Below, piece by piece: positions 1 to 10,020 of a stretch of DNA of 64,000 bases. Both the position numbers and the translations under genes were made by a program. The notes under the pieces were generated by a model that saw only the letters and a list, made by a program, of their open reading frames with translations, was not told the DNA's origin and did not search any database. Location: the NCBI GenBank assembly GCA_964035545.1, contig OZ037768.1, forward strand, positions 11,192,741 through 11,256,740, written 5' to 3'. Origin of the DNA: Bugula neritina. Its lineage: Eukaryota; Animalia; Bryozoa. Numbering within the stretch: position 1 is the stretch's first letter; each line of letters opens with the position of its first letter.

Positions 1-1186
1 TTTCATGTGTTACTAAGCTTGCTACTGTCAACCACGATATATTAAGGCATATAGATAAAGGACATTTTCTAGATGCAGTTGTGCTGAACTTTTTTAAAGC
101 ATTTGATGTAATTGACCATCACATTTTTGTAAATAAATTGATATTGCTAAAAATAAATCCCTCTATTATTCAATCGGTATCATCAACTGAACGCTCACAA
201 CAAGTGGTCATTGATGGGGTGTCTTCGGATTTAGCACCAGTGACTTCTGGGGTTACACAAAGAAATGTACTGGGTCCAACATTATTCGTTTTGTTTATTA
301 ATGACATTGTATCTGCATTACACACAGTACAATTAGGCTTTCTGCTGATGACACTCTTGTTTATCTGCCCATTACTGATCCAAATGACCATCATAAATTA
401 CAGGGAGATCTTTCTAGACTTTATAGGTAGGCAAAAGAAAACAATATGAAGTTTACCTCGAGGAAAAGTAATGCTATCACCTTTGATATAAAAACAGGAA
501 ATATAGAAAATGTCTTTACTTATAAATTAGGAGATGATTCCCTGAATAGAGTTGGAATAGTAAAATATCTTGAAATATTGTTATCAGCAGGATTTGAAAT
601 GGAATGAGCATATCAAAAATTTAATCTCATAGGCATACGGAGTGTTAGGATCAATCAAGTTCACACTAGGAAGTGCTACAGTAAATGTTAAAATTCTAGC
701 ATATAAAACTCTGTGTAGACCTCTCCTGAAATATGCTGCTAAGGTATGGGACCCGAGCAATAAGAATTTGATAACAAAATTAAAAGGTACTCAAAATAGG
801 GCTGTATGGTTCATTAAAAATTTAAAGGGTAGAGAAGTATCAGTAACAGAAGCCAAATTTGAGTTAGGGCTAGAAGCCTTAAGAAAGCGTAGACAGTCAC
901 AGAGAATTTCTTTGTTGTGCCGTATTACTGCTAATAAGGACTTGTTTCCAACTCTAAATAACACCATTCAATCGATGAAATCCTTCACCATAACATGAAT
1001 ACCCGTATTAACACCTTCAATGCTATAGCCTGCGATTCCAGCCTGTACCTGCAGGGTTTCCTGGTGTGCACTGTCCGGGAGTTCCGTACGGGGGAGATAG
1101 TGGCAGATTTCTGAGCCTAGATAGATCCGAAGGTCCCACAATTACTCTCTCCGAGAGGTCTTGGGACTTGACCCAATCAAGATCAA
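1..1186 (+). mobile_element. Degenerate non-LTR retrotransposon (LINE, CR1/L2-like) 3' portion: RT domain, C-terminal region and 3' UTR; runs off the left window edge
   Basis: Manual translation across frameshifts/stops gives SCVTKLATVNHDILRHIDKGHFLDAVVLNFFKAFDVIDH, SGVTQRNVLGPTLFVLFINDI (cf. SGVPQGSVLGP..F..IND), IRLSADDTLVY (degenerate FADD), KYL..LKWNEHI and AYKTLCRPLLKYAAKVWDP, all typical LINE ORF2 motifs. Ends in a stem-loop plus ATCAAGATCAA. Clade assignment is from motif recall. Confidence 0.9.
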
Positions 1187-1569
1187 TAGTCACCTAATAA
1201 AAAGTAACGAAACCAATACTGTATGTAAATTATATAATGATAGGCATACAATTAAGAACCATGTATGTACGAGCCAAAAGCAGTAAAGTCCAAGCACCTA
1301 GCAACATTAGGATATGGACTCCCGGATATTTAGCCAGACTGATTAACAATCGTAATGGGCAAAAACTTTTAATGCAGTTTTTAGCAGCAGCTATAAATGA
1401 CAAACGTTCAACATTAATAGCACATCAAACATGTCTCACTGCAAGTAAAACCAAAAGAAGTTGGCGGACATTCTTGTAACAGAGGCAGTAATGCATGCAC
1501 TCAGTGAATAAAATAAATAACTGAAATAACAATGAGTAAATTAGGGATTAACTTCAAAACCTCTGACAG

Positions 1570-2300
1570 AAGACCAAGGAAATAGAGCTGCACAGTCAGT
1601 CTGGTGGCCAAAATGTCCCAGCATAATTACAGGGATAGTTGGAGATTTGAATCTTGAAGAAAGGAGTCAAACGTTCAGCAATCTCCACTCCTCCGCTTTA
1701 AGTTTCCTAGCCGTCCTTGGGAAAAACCAGGCAGTGACTTGCTTGACTTTGACAGTAAGTAATTCTTGTTAGTAGTTGATGATTATTCTTGGTTCATTGA
1801 AGTTGCATTGTTAGAGGTTCTCACCAGTTCTAAAGTTATCTCCCTTGAATAACATATTTGCTCAACATGATGTTCCTAAGGTCCTAATTTCTGCTAACAG
1901 TGTGCAATATGCTTCAGAGGATTTCAAGTATTTTTCCCGAAATTTCAGTTTTACACATGTTAACAGTTCTAAACATCTCTTAGGGAAATGGCGCAGCTTA
2001 TCGAGCTGTTCAGACTATTAAAAACATCTTAAAAAGGGAAAGATCCACATTTAGGGCTAATGAACAATGGTGTCTCCCTGGCTAAATTATTGATGGATCA
2101 TAAACTGTGCACTACTGTGCCCTCTTTGCCATCAGTATTGACGCCAAAGCAGCCTGATAACAGAGTACATGTGTGTGATTTGAATCATGATGCTTAATTA
2201 AGTTGCTAGTACTTCCCCTGCTAGGCCCCACTCGGCTGTTGTTAAAAGTCCTAATGATTTTCCACTCAGACGAAACATTGCCAATATAACGCTGTTACAA
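1570..2300 (+). mobile_element. Degenerate Ty3/Gypsy LTR retrotransposon pol fragment (integrase)
   Basis: Manual translation gives QSVWWPK, FPSRPWEKPGSDL, LLVVDDYSWFIEV, NIFAQHDVPKVLISANSVQYASEDFKYFSRNFSFTHVNSS, NGAAYRAVQTIKNIL, AKLLMDHKLCTTVP and PHSAVVKSPNDFPLRRN. These match gypsy integrase motifs (VVDYYSRFIEV, IFARHGIP..SDNGPQ, NGEAERAVQTVK). Several frameshifts/stops; catalytic residues degenerate. Confidence 0.88.
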
Positions 2301-2553
2301 ACTACTGAGTTGTCTAATGATGCTAATGTCACCAAACATTCTAGTTATAATAGCACTAATAAACCTAGACAGACTTGGATTTGGAAATAGTCTACAGGTA
2401 CCTTATTTTGTGGTAGCTTTGTATCATTGTATTACCATCATGTTTTTACTAGCGTTCTAAAACATTTCTGTGTGTGCTATCAGCATGTTACCACCGTGAT
2501 TTCTCTGCTGGGCTAATATTTGATATAGTTTACCTATTCTTAATATTGTCTTC

Positions 2554-2734
2554 AGAAAGGAAGGTGTTGTATTATAACATACCCAAAACATTGTAATGCT
2601 TAATAGCAATTAATGCTATGCTTTACATTGCGTCAAGGTTATCAGTTCAATAATGTGATCTGCCAAACTATTACTTGCTCAATTTTGTCTTGCATCAAAT
2701 AATTATCTATGGCATCCACAGTCATAATATTACA
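2554..2734 (+). mobile_element. Putative polypurine tract and 3' LTR of the gypsy element
   Basis: AGAAAGGAAGG (2554-2564) is immediately followed by TGTTGTATTAT. A candidate LTR end ATAATATTACA (2724-2734) is an imperfect inverted repeat of the start. The right end is uncertain. Confidence 0.45.
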
Positions 2735-3099
2735 GAATGAACAGTGTTTAGGACCCAAAAAGAAAATGTCTAACAATCAGCACTCTTGCTGGAAACTTAT
2801 CTTGACATCTTAAACTGAGTAGAGACTAGCGATTATGATGAGAATTGAGATACACCATTGTCATTGCTATCCTTAAATTGCCCGAATGTTGGTGAAATTA
2901 CAATAATATGTCAAAATTATCACCATTTAGTAAGTTCACAGACTTTAAACTAGCGTGATTAAATGTAAATAACCACTACCTAAAATTGTGAATACAAACC
3001 CAACAAGAGTTGTCATGGAAGGATTAGCACTCAAAGTTCATGTAACATCGTGATTGACAAAAAATTGTTGACGAAACCTTAAGATGAAGAAAACATGAC

Positions 3100-4500
3100 T
3101 CATAAAAAGTAAGACTTAAACTGAGAACAAAACTATTATTTAGACTTATTAATTATATTGCAAATGACAAGAAGACAAGAAACGATAATTAAAAAGAATA
3201 CAATCACATTATAATTTTTTGGCTTAGTGGTTAACTATTATCAACAAATGTAACAGCATTACTCCAACAAAACTAATAATTAGTAATTAGAAAAAGTAAA
3301 CACTAACAGGGCTACTGTCAGCCATTGCCTTTGCCAATTGGGTTCAGCCTTCAGCTTAATTGAGAGTACATGCCAAACCACAGAACTTAATCTGTCATCA
3401 TTATGATCATCATCATGGTCATAGAAGCAAAGAAAAACGATCATATTCATGAGGATAATAAGAAGCATTACACACTGTGAGAAAGAAAATCATGAATATT
3501 ATTAGTCACTTTATTCTGCTGTCAACATCACGTGAAGAAAAAAGGAGGCAAGTCATTGGCAGTGTCAATATAATTATACTTGACAACGAGGACAACATTG
3601 CAAACTTAGAGCCGGGGCAGAACATCTGAAACATGAAGAACTGCTTTAAAAAAAAGAAGCAAACACAATAAAAATGTAAAACTGAAAGTAGGGTGTCCAG
3701 CATCCCTGCCAGTCGCATGGCAGGATCATTGTCATAATGGTCATCATTGTCAATGTGATTGTGGCAACAAACATTGACACAATGATAATGAATCAGAATA
3801 CCAATACAATACAATGATCATATTCCTAAATATAATGATGATGAAATTGGAGAACGATAATCACAATCAATATTATCATTATGAGTTGATGATTTTGATT
3901 ATTAGGAGATCAGATTCAATGATGACAATAACAAGAATCATCAAAAATCAAAAACTCCATTAGTATTATTATTACTACTACAAATTGAAATCAAAGATAG
4001 TCACAATCATCATAGTCACATGATGATATTGATGAGTACAGAAAGTGAAATAGCGGACTCCAAGTTTAAGAACTACAAGACCATGACCATGACCATGACC
4101 AGGAAAAATTAAACTTGCTATAGTATACGGCATATACCATAATCTTCATAGTCATCCCATCCGAATATGATGCTTCTTCTCCAAGTAATACTATAACATT
4201 AACTATAAATAATATAATAATAATATAATAATAGTACATGAGAATAACTAAAAGTGAAGATAGCTCAAGCTTCAAGGTATAGCCATAGGCCATGACTTAG
4301 TCTCATACTTATACTTAGAGTAGCACTAGTAGGACACTGACAGTAACTGATAACTTAAGGGAAAAGAGCATGACTATCAGTATCAGTATCAAGCATCAGC
4401 ATCAATATGGAAATCATTATCAGTATGAGTATCACTGTCACAATCACAATGTCAATGTGAAACTGACTGAGTCTGAGTGTAAAAAAACTATGACAACGAA
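3100..4500. repeat. Low-complexity decayed tri/hexanucleotide repeat region (ATC/GAT/AAT/AGT-rich)
   Basis: Runs such as GACCATGACCATGACCATGACCA (4079-4101), ATCAGTATCAGTATC, TCATCATCAT and ATAATAATAAT; A-rich strand bias. Boundaries approximate. Confidence 0.6.
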
Positions 4501-5278
4501 CTCAAAGCAAAAGTAGTTTAAGTATAAACATGAGATAAACAACATTCCACAGGCAATTCCATTACGATTTAGTTTTAGCATTACATGCATAACAATAAAG
4601 GCAGAGATGATCAATTAATAAGGATAACCCATTGAAAAAGGGTAATCCAAAAGAACATAGAGACAGAAATATAAGAAGATGGCAAGGAGCAGTGGTAGTG
4701 AAATGTAGAGAGGCTAAGTTCTTCATGAACTTGGGTTGCGGCGTGGGTAAGAAATCAAAAACATTACTTTAATTGGCCATAAAACAAATATGGAACACAG
4801 GTTTTCCGCTAGATCTCCATAACTGCGCCTACCTTATAATAATAGTAACTGCGCAAAACGGTTATAGTGTTATTATAGTAAGTTGCGTGAGTATTTCTTC
4901 AAACTTGCAGAAATGATTTCTTTTCAAAATTAGCTCCAATAAAATGTGCGACATTTTTTCCAAAAACTAATGTGATACTTGACTTTAACTGCAATATTTA
5001 CTTTGAGAAGTGCTTTTTAAAGTTCTTCAGATGGTCTCATAATTTCTTTGAGAAGGTTGAATATGAAGCCATCAGAAGCATTTTAAAAATAAAAATATGT
5101 AATAAAAAGCAAGAATGATATAATATAATATTATTTTTTGGAAAGGAATGTTGAATATTCCATTTGAGTTAGTGTGTTGAAAAACATTTCACATCAGCAA
5201 GTTGGAAGAAATAATATTCAAGTAACTGATCATAATATTACTATTGCGTGTTGCTAATGTTTTTGTGTTTGAGGAGAG

Positions 5279-5292
5279 AAAAAAAAAAAAAA
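5279..5292 (-). terminator. Pol III terminator of copy 1 (uninterrupted T14); other copies typically have T8-C-T6 or T7-C-T6
   Basis: A-run on + strand directly abutting the 5S 3' end; oligo-dT is the established Pol III terminator. Confidence 0.9.
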
Positions 5293-5410
5293 GTCTACAG
5301 CACCTGGTATTCCCAGGCGGTCACCCATCCAAGTACTAACCAGGCTCGACGTTGCTTAGCTTCAGTGATCGGACGAGAACTGGCGTTTTCAACGTGATAT
5401 GGCCGTAGAC
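5292..5410 (-). rRNA. 5S rRNA copy 1 (canonical C36)
   Basis: Minus strand reads GTCTACGGCCATATCACGTTGAAAACGCCAGTTCTCGTCCGATCACTGAAGCTAAGCAACGTCGAGCCTGGTTAGTACTTGGATGGGTGACCGCCTGGGAATACCAGGTGCTGTAGACT. Helices I-III were checked by hand and pair; loop E AGUA motif present. Confidence 0.98.
5314..5361 (-). promoter_or_regulatory. Type-1 Pol III internal control region (box A, intermediate element, box C); representative copy, present in every unit
   Basis: Gene nt 50-97: box A AGCTAAGCAACGTCG, box C TGGATGGGTGACCGCCTG at the canonical positions. Confidence 0.85.
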
Positions 5411-6079
5411 AACAGTGCACCCTTCGCAGCGATACTGGCTGAAGAATTAGCGGGGCGCGCTCGAGCGTGCAAGCACGTTGGTGATGCAGTGGCTGCAGTG
5501 CGCATTGCCTACTCGCACTCTGCAGGTCACAACACCAGTCATGATATTATTATAGCTTAATGCACAGCAAAGGTTTAAAATGAGCAGGCCTGAGAGGGGG
5601 CAAGACGAGAGTCGCGACACCACGGCACACAACTGGAGAGTTGCGCAAAATCTCCGCGTCACATTCGTGTGACTTTCAGGATGTGTGCTGTAGCATTGAT
5701 TGAGATGAGTTTTGAAAGCATTTGCACATGTATATCAGGCAATTTAATTTTGGAATTATTTCAACACTGCATTAGAGTTGATTAAATAAAATATTATTCT
5801 TGAGAAAGTCTTAAACAATTCTTTTTTGGAATTTGTGAAGCCATGCATCAGAAGAAATTCAAAAAGAATTTCAAAAATAAAAACATGTAATAAAAAGCAA
5901 GAATGATATAATATAATATTATTTTTTGGAAAGGAATGTTAAATATTCCATTTGAGTTAGTGTGTTGAAAAACATTTCACATCAGCAAGTTGGAAGAAAT
6001 AATATTCGAGTAACTGATCATAATATTACTATTGCGTGTTGCTAATGTTTTTGTGTTTGAGGAGAGAAAAAAGAAAAAA

Positions 6080-6198
6080 AGTCTACAGCACCTGGTATTC
6101 CCAGGCGGTCACCCATCCAAGTACTAACCAGGCTCGACGTTGCTTAGCTTCAGTGATCGGACTAGAACTGGCGTTTTCAACGTGATATGGCCGTAGAC
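6080..6198 (-). rRNA. 5S rRNA copy 2 (C36A variant)
   Basis: As copy 1 except + strand ggactagaac. Confidence 0.96.
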
Positions 6199-6867
6199 AA
6201 CAGTGCACCCTTCGCAGCGATACTGGCTGAAGAATTAGCGGGGCGCGCTCGAGCGTGCAAGCACGTTGGTGATGCAGTGGCTGCAGTGCGCATTGCCTAC
6301 TCACACTCTGCAGGTCACAACACCAGTCATGATATTATTATAGCTTAATGCACAGCAAAGGTTTAAAATAAGCAGGCCTGAGAGGGGGCAAGACGAGAGT
6401 CGCGACACCACGGCACACAACTGGAGAGTTGCGCAAAATCTCCGCGTCACATTCGTGTGACTTTCAGGATGTGTGCTGTAGCATTGATTGAGATGAGTTT
6501 TGAAAGCATTTGCACATGTATATCAGGCAATTTAATTTTGGAATTATTTCAACACTGCATTAGAGTTGATTAAATAAAATATTATTCTTGAGAAAGTCTT
6601 AAACAATTCTTTTTTGGAATTTGTGAAGCCATGCATCAGAAGAAATTCAAAAAGAATTTCAAAAATAAAAACATGTAATAAAAAGCAAGAATGATATAAT
6701 ATAATATTATTTTTTGGAAAGGAATGTTAAATATTCCATTTGAGTTAGTGTGTTGAAAAACATTTCACATCAGCAAGTTGGAAGAAATAATATTCGAGTA
6801 ACTGATCATAATATTACTATTGCGTGTTGCTAATGTTTTTGTGTTTGAGGAGAGAAAAAAGAAAAAA

Positions 6868-6986
6868 AGTCTACAGCACCTGGTATTCCCAGGCGGTCAC
6901 CCATCCAAGTACTAACCAGGCTCGACGTTGCTTAGCTTCAGTGATCGGACTAGAACTGGCGTTTTCAACGTGATATGGCCGTAGAC
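6868..6986 (-). rRNA. 5S rRNA copy 3 (C36A)
   Basis: Repeat copy, ggactagaac. Confidence 0.96.
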
Positions 6987-7656
6987 AACAGTGCACCCTT
7001 CGCAGCGATACTGGCTGAAGAATTAGCGGGGCGCGCTCGAGCGTGCAAGCACGTTGGTGATGCAGTGGCTGCAGTGCGCATTGCCTACTCACACTCTGCA
7101 GGTCACAACACCAGTCATGATATTATTATAGCTTAATGCACAGCAAAGGTTTAAAATAAGCAGGCCTGAGAGGGGGCAAGACGAGAGTCGCGACACCACG
7201 GCACACAACTGGAGAGTTGCGCAAAATCTCCGCGTCACATTCGTGTGACTTTCAGGATGTGTGCTGTAGCATTGATTGAGATGAGTTTTGAAAGCATTTG
7301 CACATGTATATCAGGCAATTTAATTTTGGAATTATTTCAACACTGCATTAGAGTTGATTAAATAAAATATTATTCTTGAGAAAGTCTTAAACAATTCTTT
7401 TTTGGAATTTGTGAAGCCATGCATCAGAAGAAATTCAAAAAGAATTTCAAAAATAAAAACATGTAATAAAAAGCAAGAATGATATAATATAATATTATTT
7501 TTTGGAAAGGAATGTTAAATATTCCATTTGAGTTAGTGTGTTGAAAAACATTTCACATCAGCAAGTTGGAAGAAATAATATTCGAGTAACTGATCATAAT
7601 ATTACTATTGCGTGTTGCTAATGTTTTTGTGTTTGAGGAGAGAAAAAAGAAAAAAA

Positions 7657-7775
7657 AGTCTACAGCACCTGGTATTCCCAGGCGGTCACCCATCCAAGTA
7701 CTAACCAGGCTCGACGTTGCTTAGCTTCAGTGATCGGACGAGAACTGGCGTTTTCAACGTGATATGGCCGTAGAC
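7657..7775 (-). rRNA. 5S rRNA copy 4
   Basis: Repeat copy. Confidence 0.98.
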
Positions 7776-8443
7776 AACAGTGCACCCTTCGCAGCGATAC
7801 TGGCTGAAGAATTAGCGGGGCGCGCTCGAGCGTGCAAGCACGTTGGTGATGCAGTGGCTGCAGTGCGCATTGCCTACTCACACTCTGCAGGTCACAACAC
7901 CAGTCATGATATTATTATAGCTTAATGCACAGCAAAGGTTTAAAATAAGCAGGCCTGAGAGGGGGCAAGACGAGAGTCGCGACACCACGGCACACAACTG
8001 GAGAGTTGCGCAAAATCTCCGCGTCACATTCGTGTGACTTTCAGGATGTGTGCTGTAGCATTGATTGAGATGAGTTTTGAAAGCATTTGCACATGTATAT
8101 CAGGCAATTTAATTTTGGAATTATTTCAACACTGCATTAGAGTTGATTAAATAAAATATTATTCTTGAGAAAGTCTTAAACAATTCTTTTTTGGAATTTG
8201 TGAAGCCATGCATCAGAAGAAATTCAAAAAGAATTTCAAAAATAAAAACATGTAATAAAAAGCAAGAATGATATAATATAATATTATTTTTTGGAAAGGA
8301 ATGTTAAATATTTCATTTGAGTTAGTGTGTTGAAAAACATTTCACATCAGCAAGTTGGAAGAAATAATATTCAAGTAACTGATCATAATATTACTATTGC
8401 GTGTTGCTAATGTTTTTGTGTTTGAGGAGAGAAAAAAGAAAAA

Positions 8444-8562
8444 AGTCTACAGCACCTGGTATTCCCAGGCGGTCACCCATCCAAGTACTAACCAGGCTCG
8501 ACGTTGCTTAGCTTCAGTGATCGGACTAGAACTGGCGTTTTCAACGTGATATGGCCGTAGAC
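8444..8562 (-). rRNA. 5S rRNA copy 5 (C36A)
   Basis: Repeat copy, ggactagaac; T6 first terminator run. Confidence 0.96.
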
Positions 8563-9231
8563 AACAGTGCACCCTTCGCAGCGATACTGGCTGAAGAATT
8601 AGCGGGGCGCGCTCGAGCGTGCAAGCACGTTGGTGATGCAGTGGCTGCAGTGCGCATTGCCTACTCACACTCTGCAGGTCACAACACCAGTCATGATATT
8701 ATTATAGCTTAATGCACAGCAAAGGTTTAAAATAAGCAGGCCTGAGAGGGGGCAAGACGAGAGTCGCGACACCACGGCACACAACTGGAGAGTTGCGCAA
8801 AATCTCCGCGTCACATTCGTGTGACTTTCAGGATGTGTGCTGTAGCATTGATTGAGATGAGTTTTGAAAGCATTTGCACATGTATATCAGGCAATTTAAT
8901 TTTGGAATTATTTCAACACTGCATTAGAGTTGATTAAATAAAATATTATTCTTGAGAAAGTCTTAAACAATTCTTTTTTGGAATTTGTGAAGCCATGCAT
9001 CAGAAGAAATTCAAAAAGAATTTCAAAAATAAAAACATGTAATAAAAAGCAAGAATGATATAATATAATATTATTTTTTGGAAAGGAATGTTAAATATTC
9101 CATTTGAGTTAGTGTGTTGAAAAACATTTCACATCAGCAAGTTGGAAGAAATAATATTCGAGTAACTGATCATAATATTACTATTGCGTGTTGCTAATGT
9201 TTTTGTGTTTGAGGAGAGAAAAAAGAAAAAA

Positions 9232-9350
9232 AGTCTACAGCACCTGGTATTCCCAGGCGGTCACCCATCCAAGTACTAACCAGGCTCGACGTTGCTTAGC
9301 TTCAGTGATCGGACTAGAACTGGCGTTTTCAACGTGATATGGCCGTAGAC
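9232..9350 (-). rRNA. 5S rRNA copy 6 (C36A)
   Basis: Repeat copy, ggactagaac. Confidence 0.96.
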
Positions 9351-10020
9351 AACAGTGCACCCTTCGCAGCGATACTGGCTGAAGAATTAGCGGGGCGCGC
9401 TCGAGCGTGCAAGCACGTTGGTGATGCAGTGGCTGCAGTGCGCATTGCCTACTCACACTCTGCAGGTCACAACACCAGTCATGATATTATTATAGCTTAA
9501 TGCACAGCAAAGGTTTAAAATAAGCAGGCCTGAGAGGGGGCAAGACGAGAGTCGCGACACCACGGCACACAACTGGAGAGTTGCGCAAAATCTCCGCGTC
9601 ACATTCGTGTGACTTTCAGGATGTGTGCTGTAGCATTGATTGAGATGAGTTTTGAAAGCATTTGCACATGTATATCAGGCAATTTAATTTTGGAATTATT
9701 TCAACACTGCATTAGAGTTGATTAAATAAAATATTATTCTTGAGAAAGTCTTAAACAATTCTTTTTTGGAATTTGTGAAGCCATGCATCAGAAGAAATTC
9801 AAAAAGAATTTCAAAAATAAAAACATGTAATAAAAAGCAAGAATGATATAATATAATATTATTTTTTGGAAAGGAATGTTAAATATTCCATTTGAGTTAG
9901 TGTGTTGAAAAACATTTCACATCAGCAAGTTGGAAGAAATAATATTCGAGTAACTGATCATAATATTACTATTGCGTGTTGCTAATGTTTTTGTGTTTGA
10001 GGAGAGAAAAAAGAAAAAAA

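Noticed and set aside
1237-4293. Short ORFs 1237-1479, 3280-3468, 3506-3814, 4066-4293 (and 170-394 antisense)
   Set aside because: Short, low-complexity or antisense to TE remnants, with no recognisable domains.
5572-5594. GGTTTAAAAT(G/A)AGCAGGCCTGAG resembling nematode SL1 leader (GGTTTAA...TGAG), which is 5S-linked in nematodes
   Set aside because: No GT splice donor follows, the middle does not match, the Sm-like site is ~175 nt away, and the 5S sequence is not nematode-like.
5439-5691. Hammerhead ribozyme (CTGAAGA at 5439; minus-strand three-way junction with CTGAAA)
   Set aside because: The required stem II-GAAA and full CUGANGA core are absent in the right geometry on either strand.
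5622-5691. tRNA or U1/U2/U5/U6 snRNA in the spacer
   Set aside because: Only two arms, a 4-nt TTCG loop and no A/B boxes; none of the diagnostic snRNA motifs (e.g. ATACTTACCTG, GTGTAGTA, GCCTTTTAC, ACAGAGAAG) seen.
5292-6080. Unit length as four ~197-bp nucleosome repeats
   Set aside because: Numerology only; the species' nucleosome repeat length is unknown and no positioning data are available.
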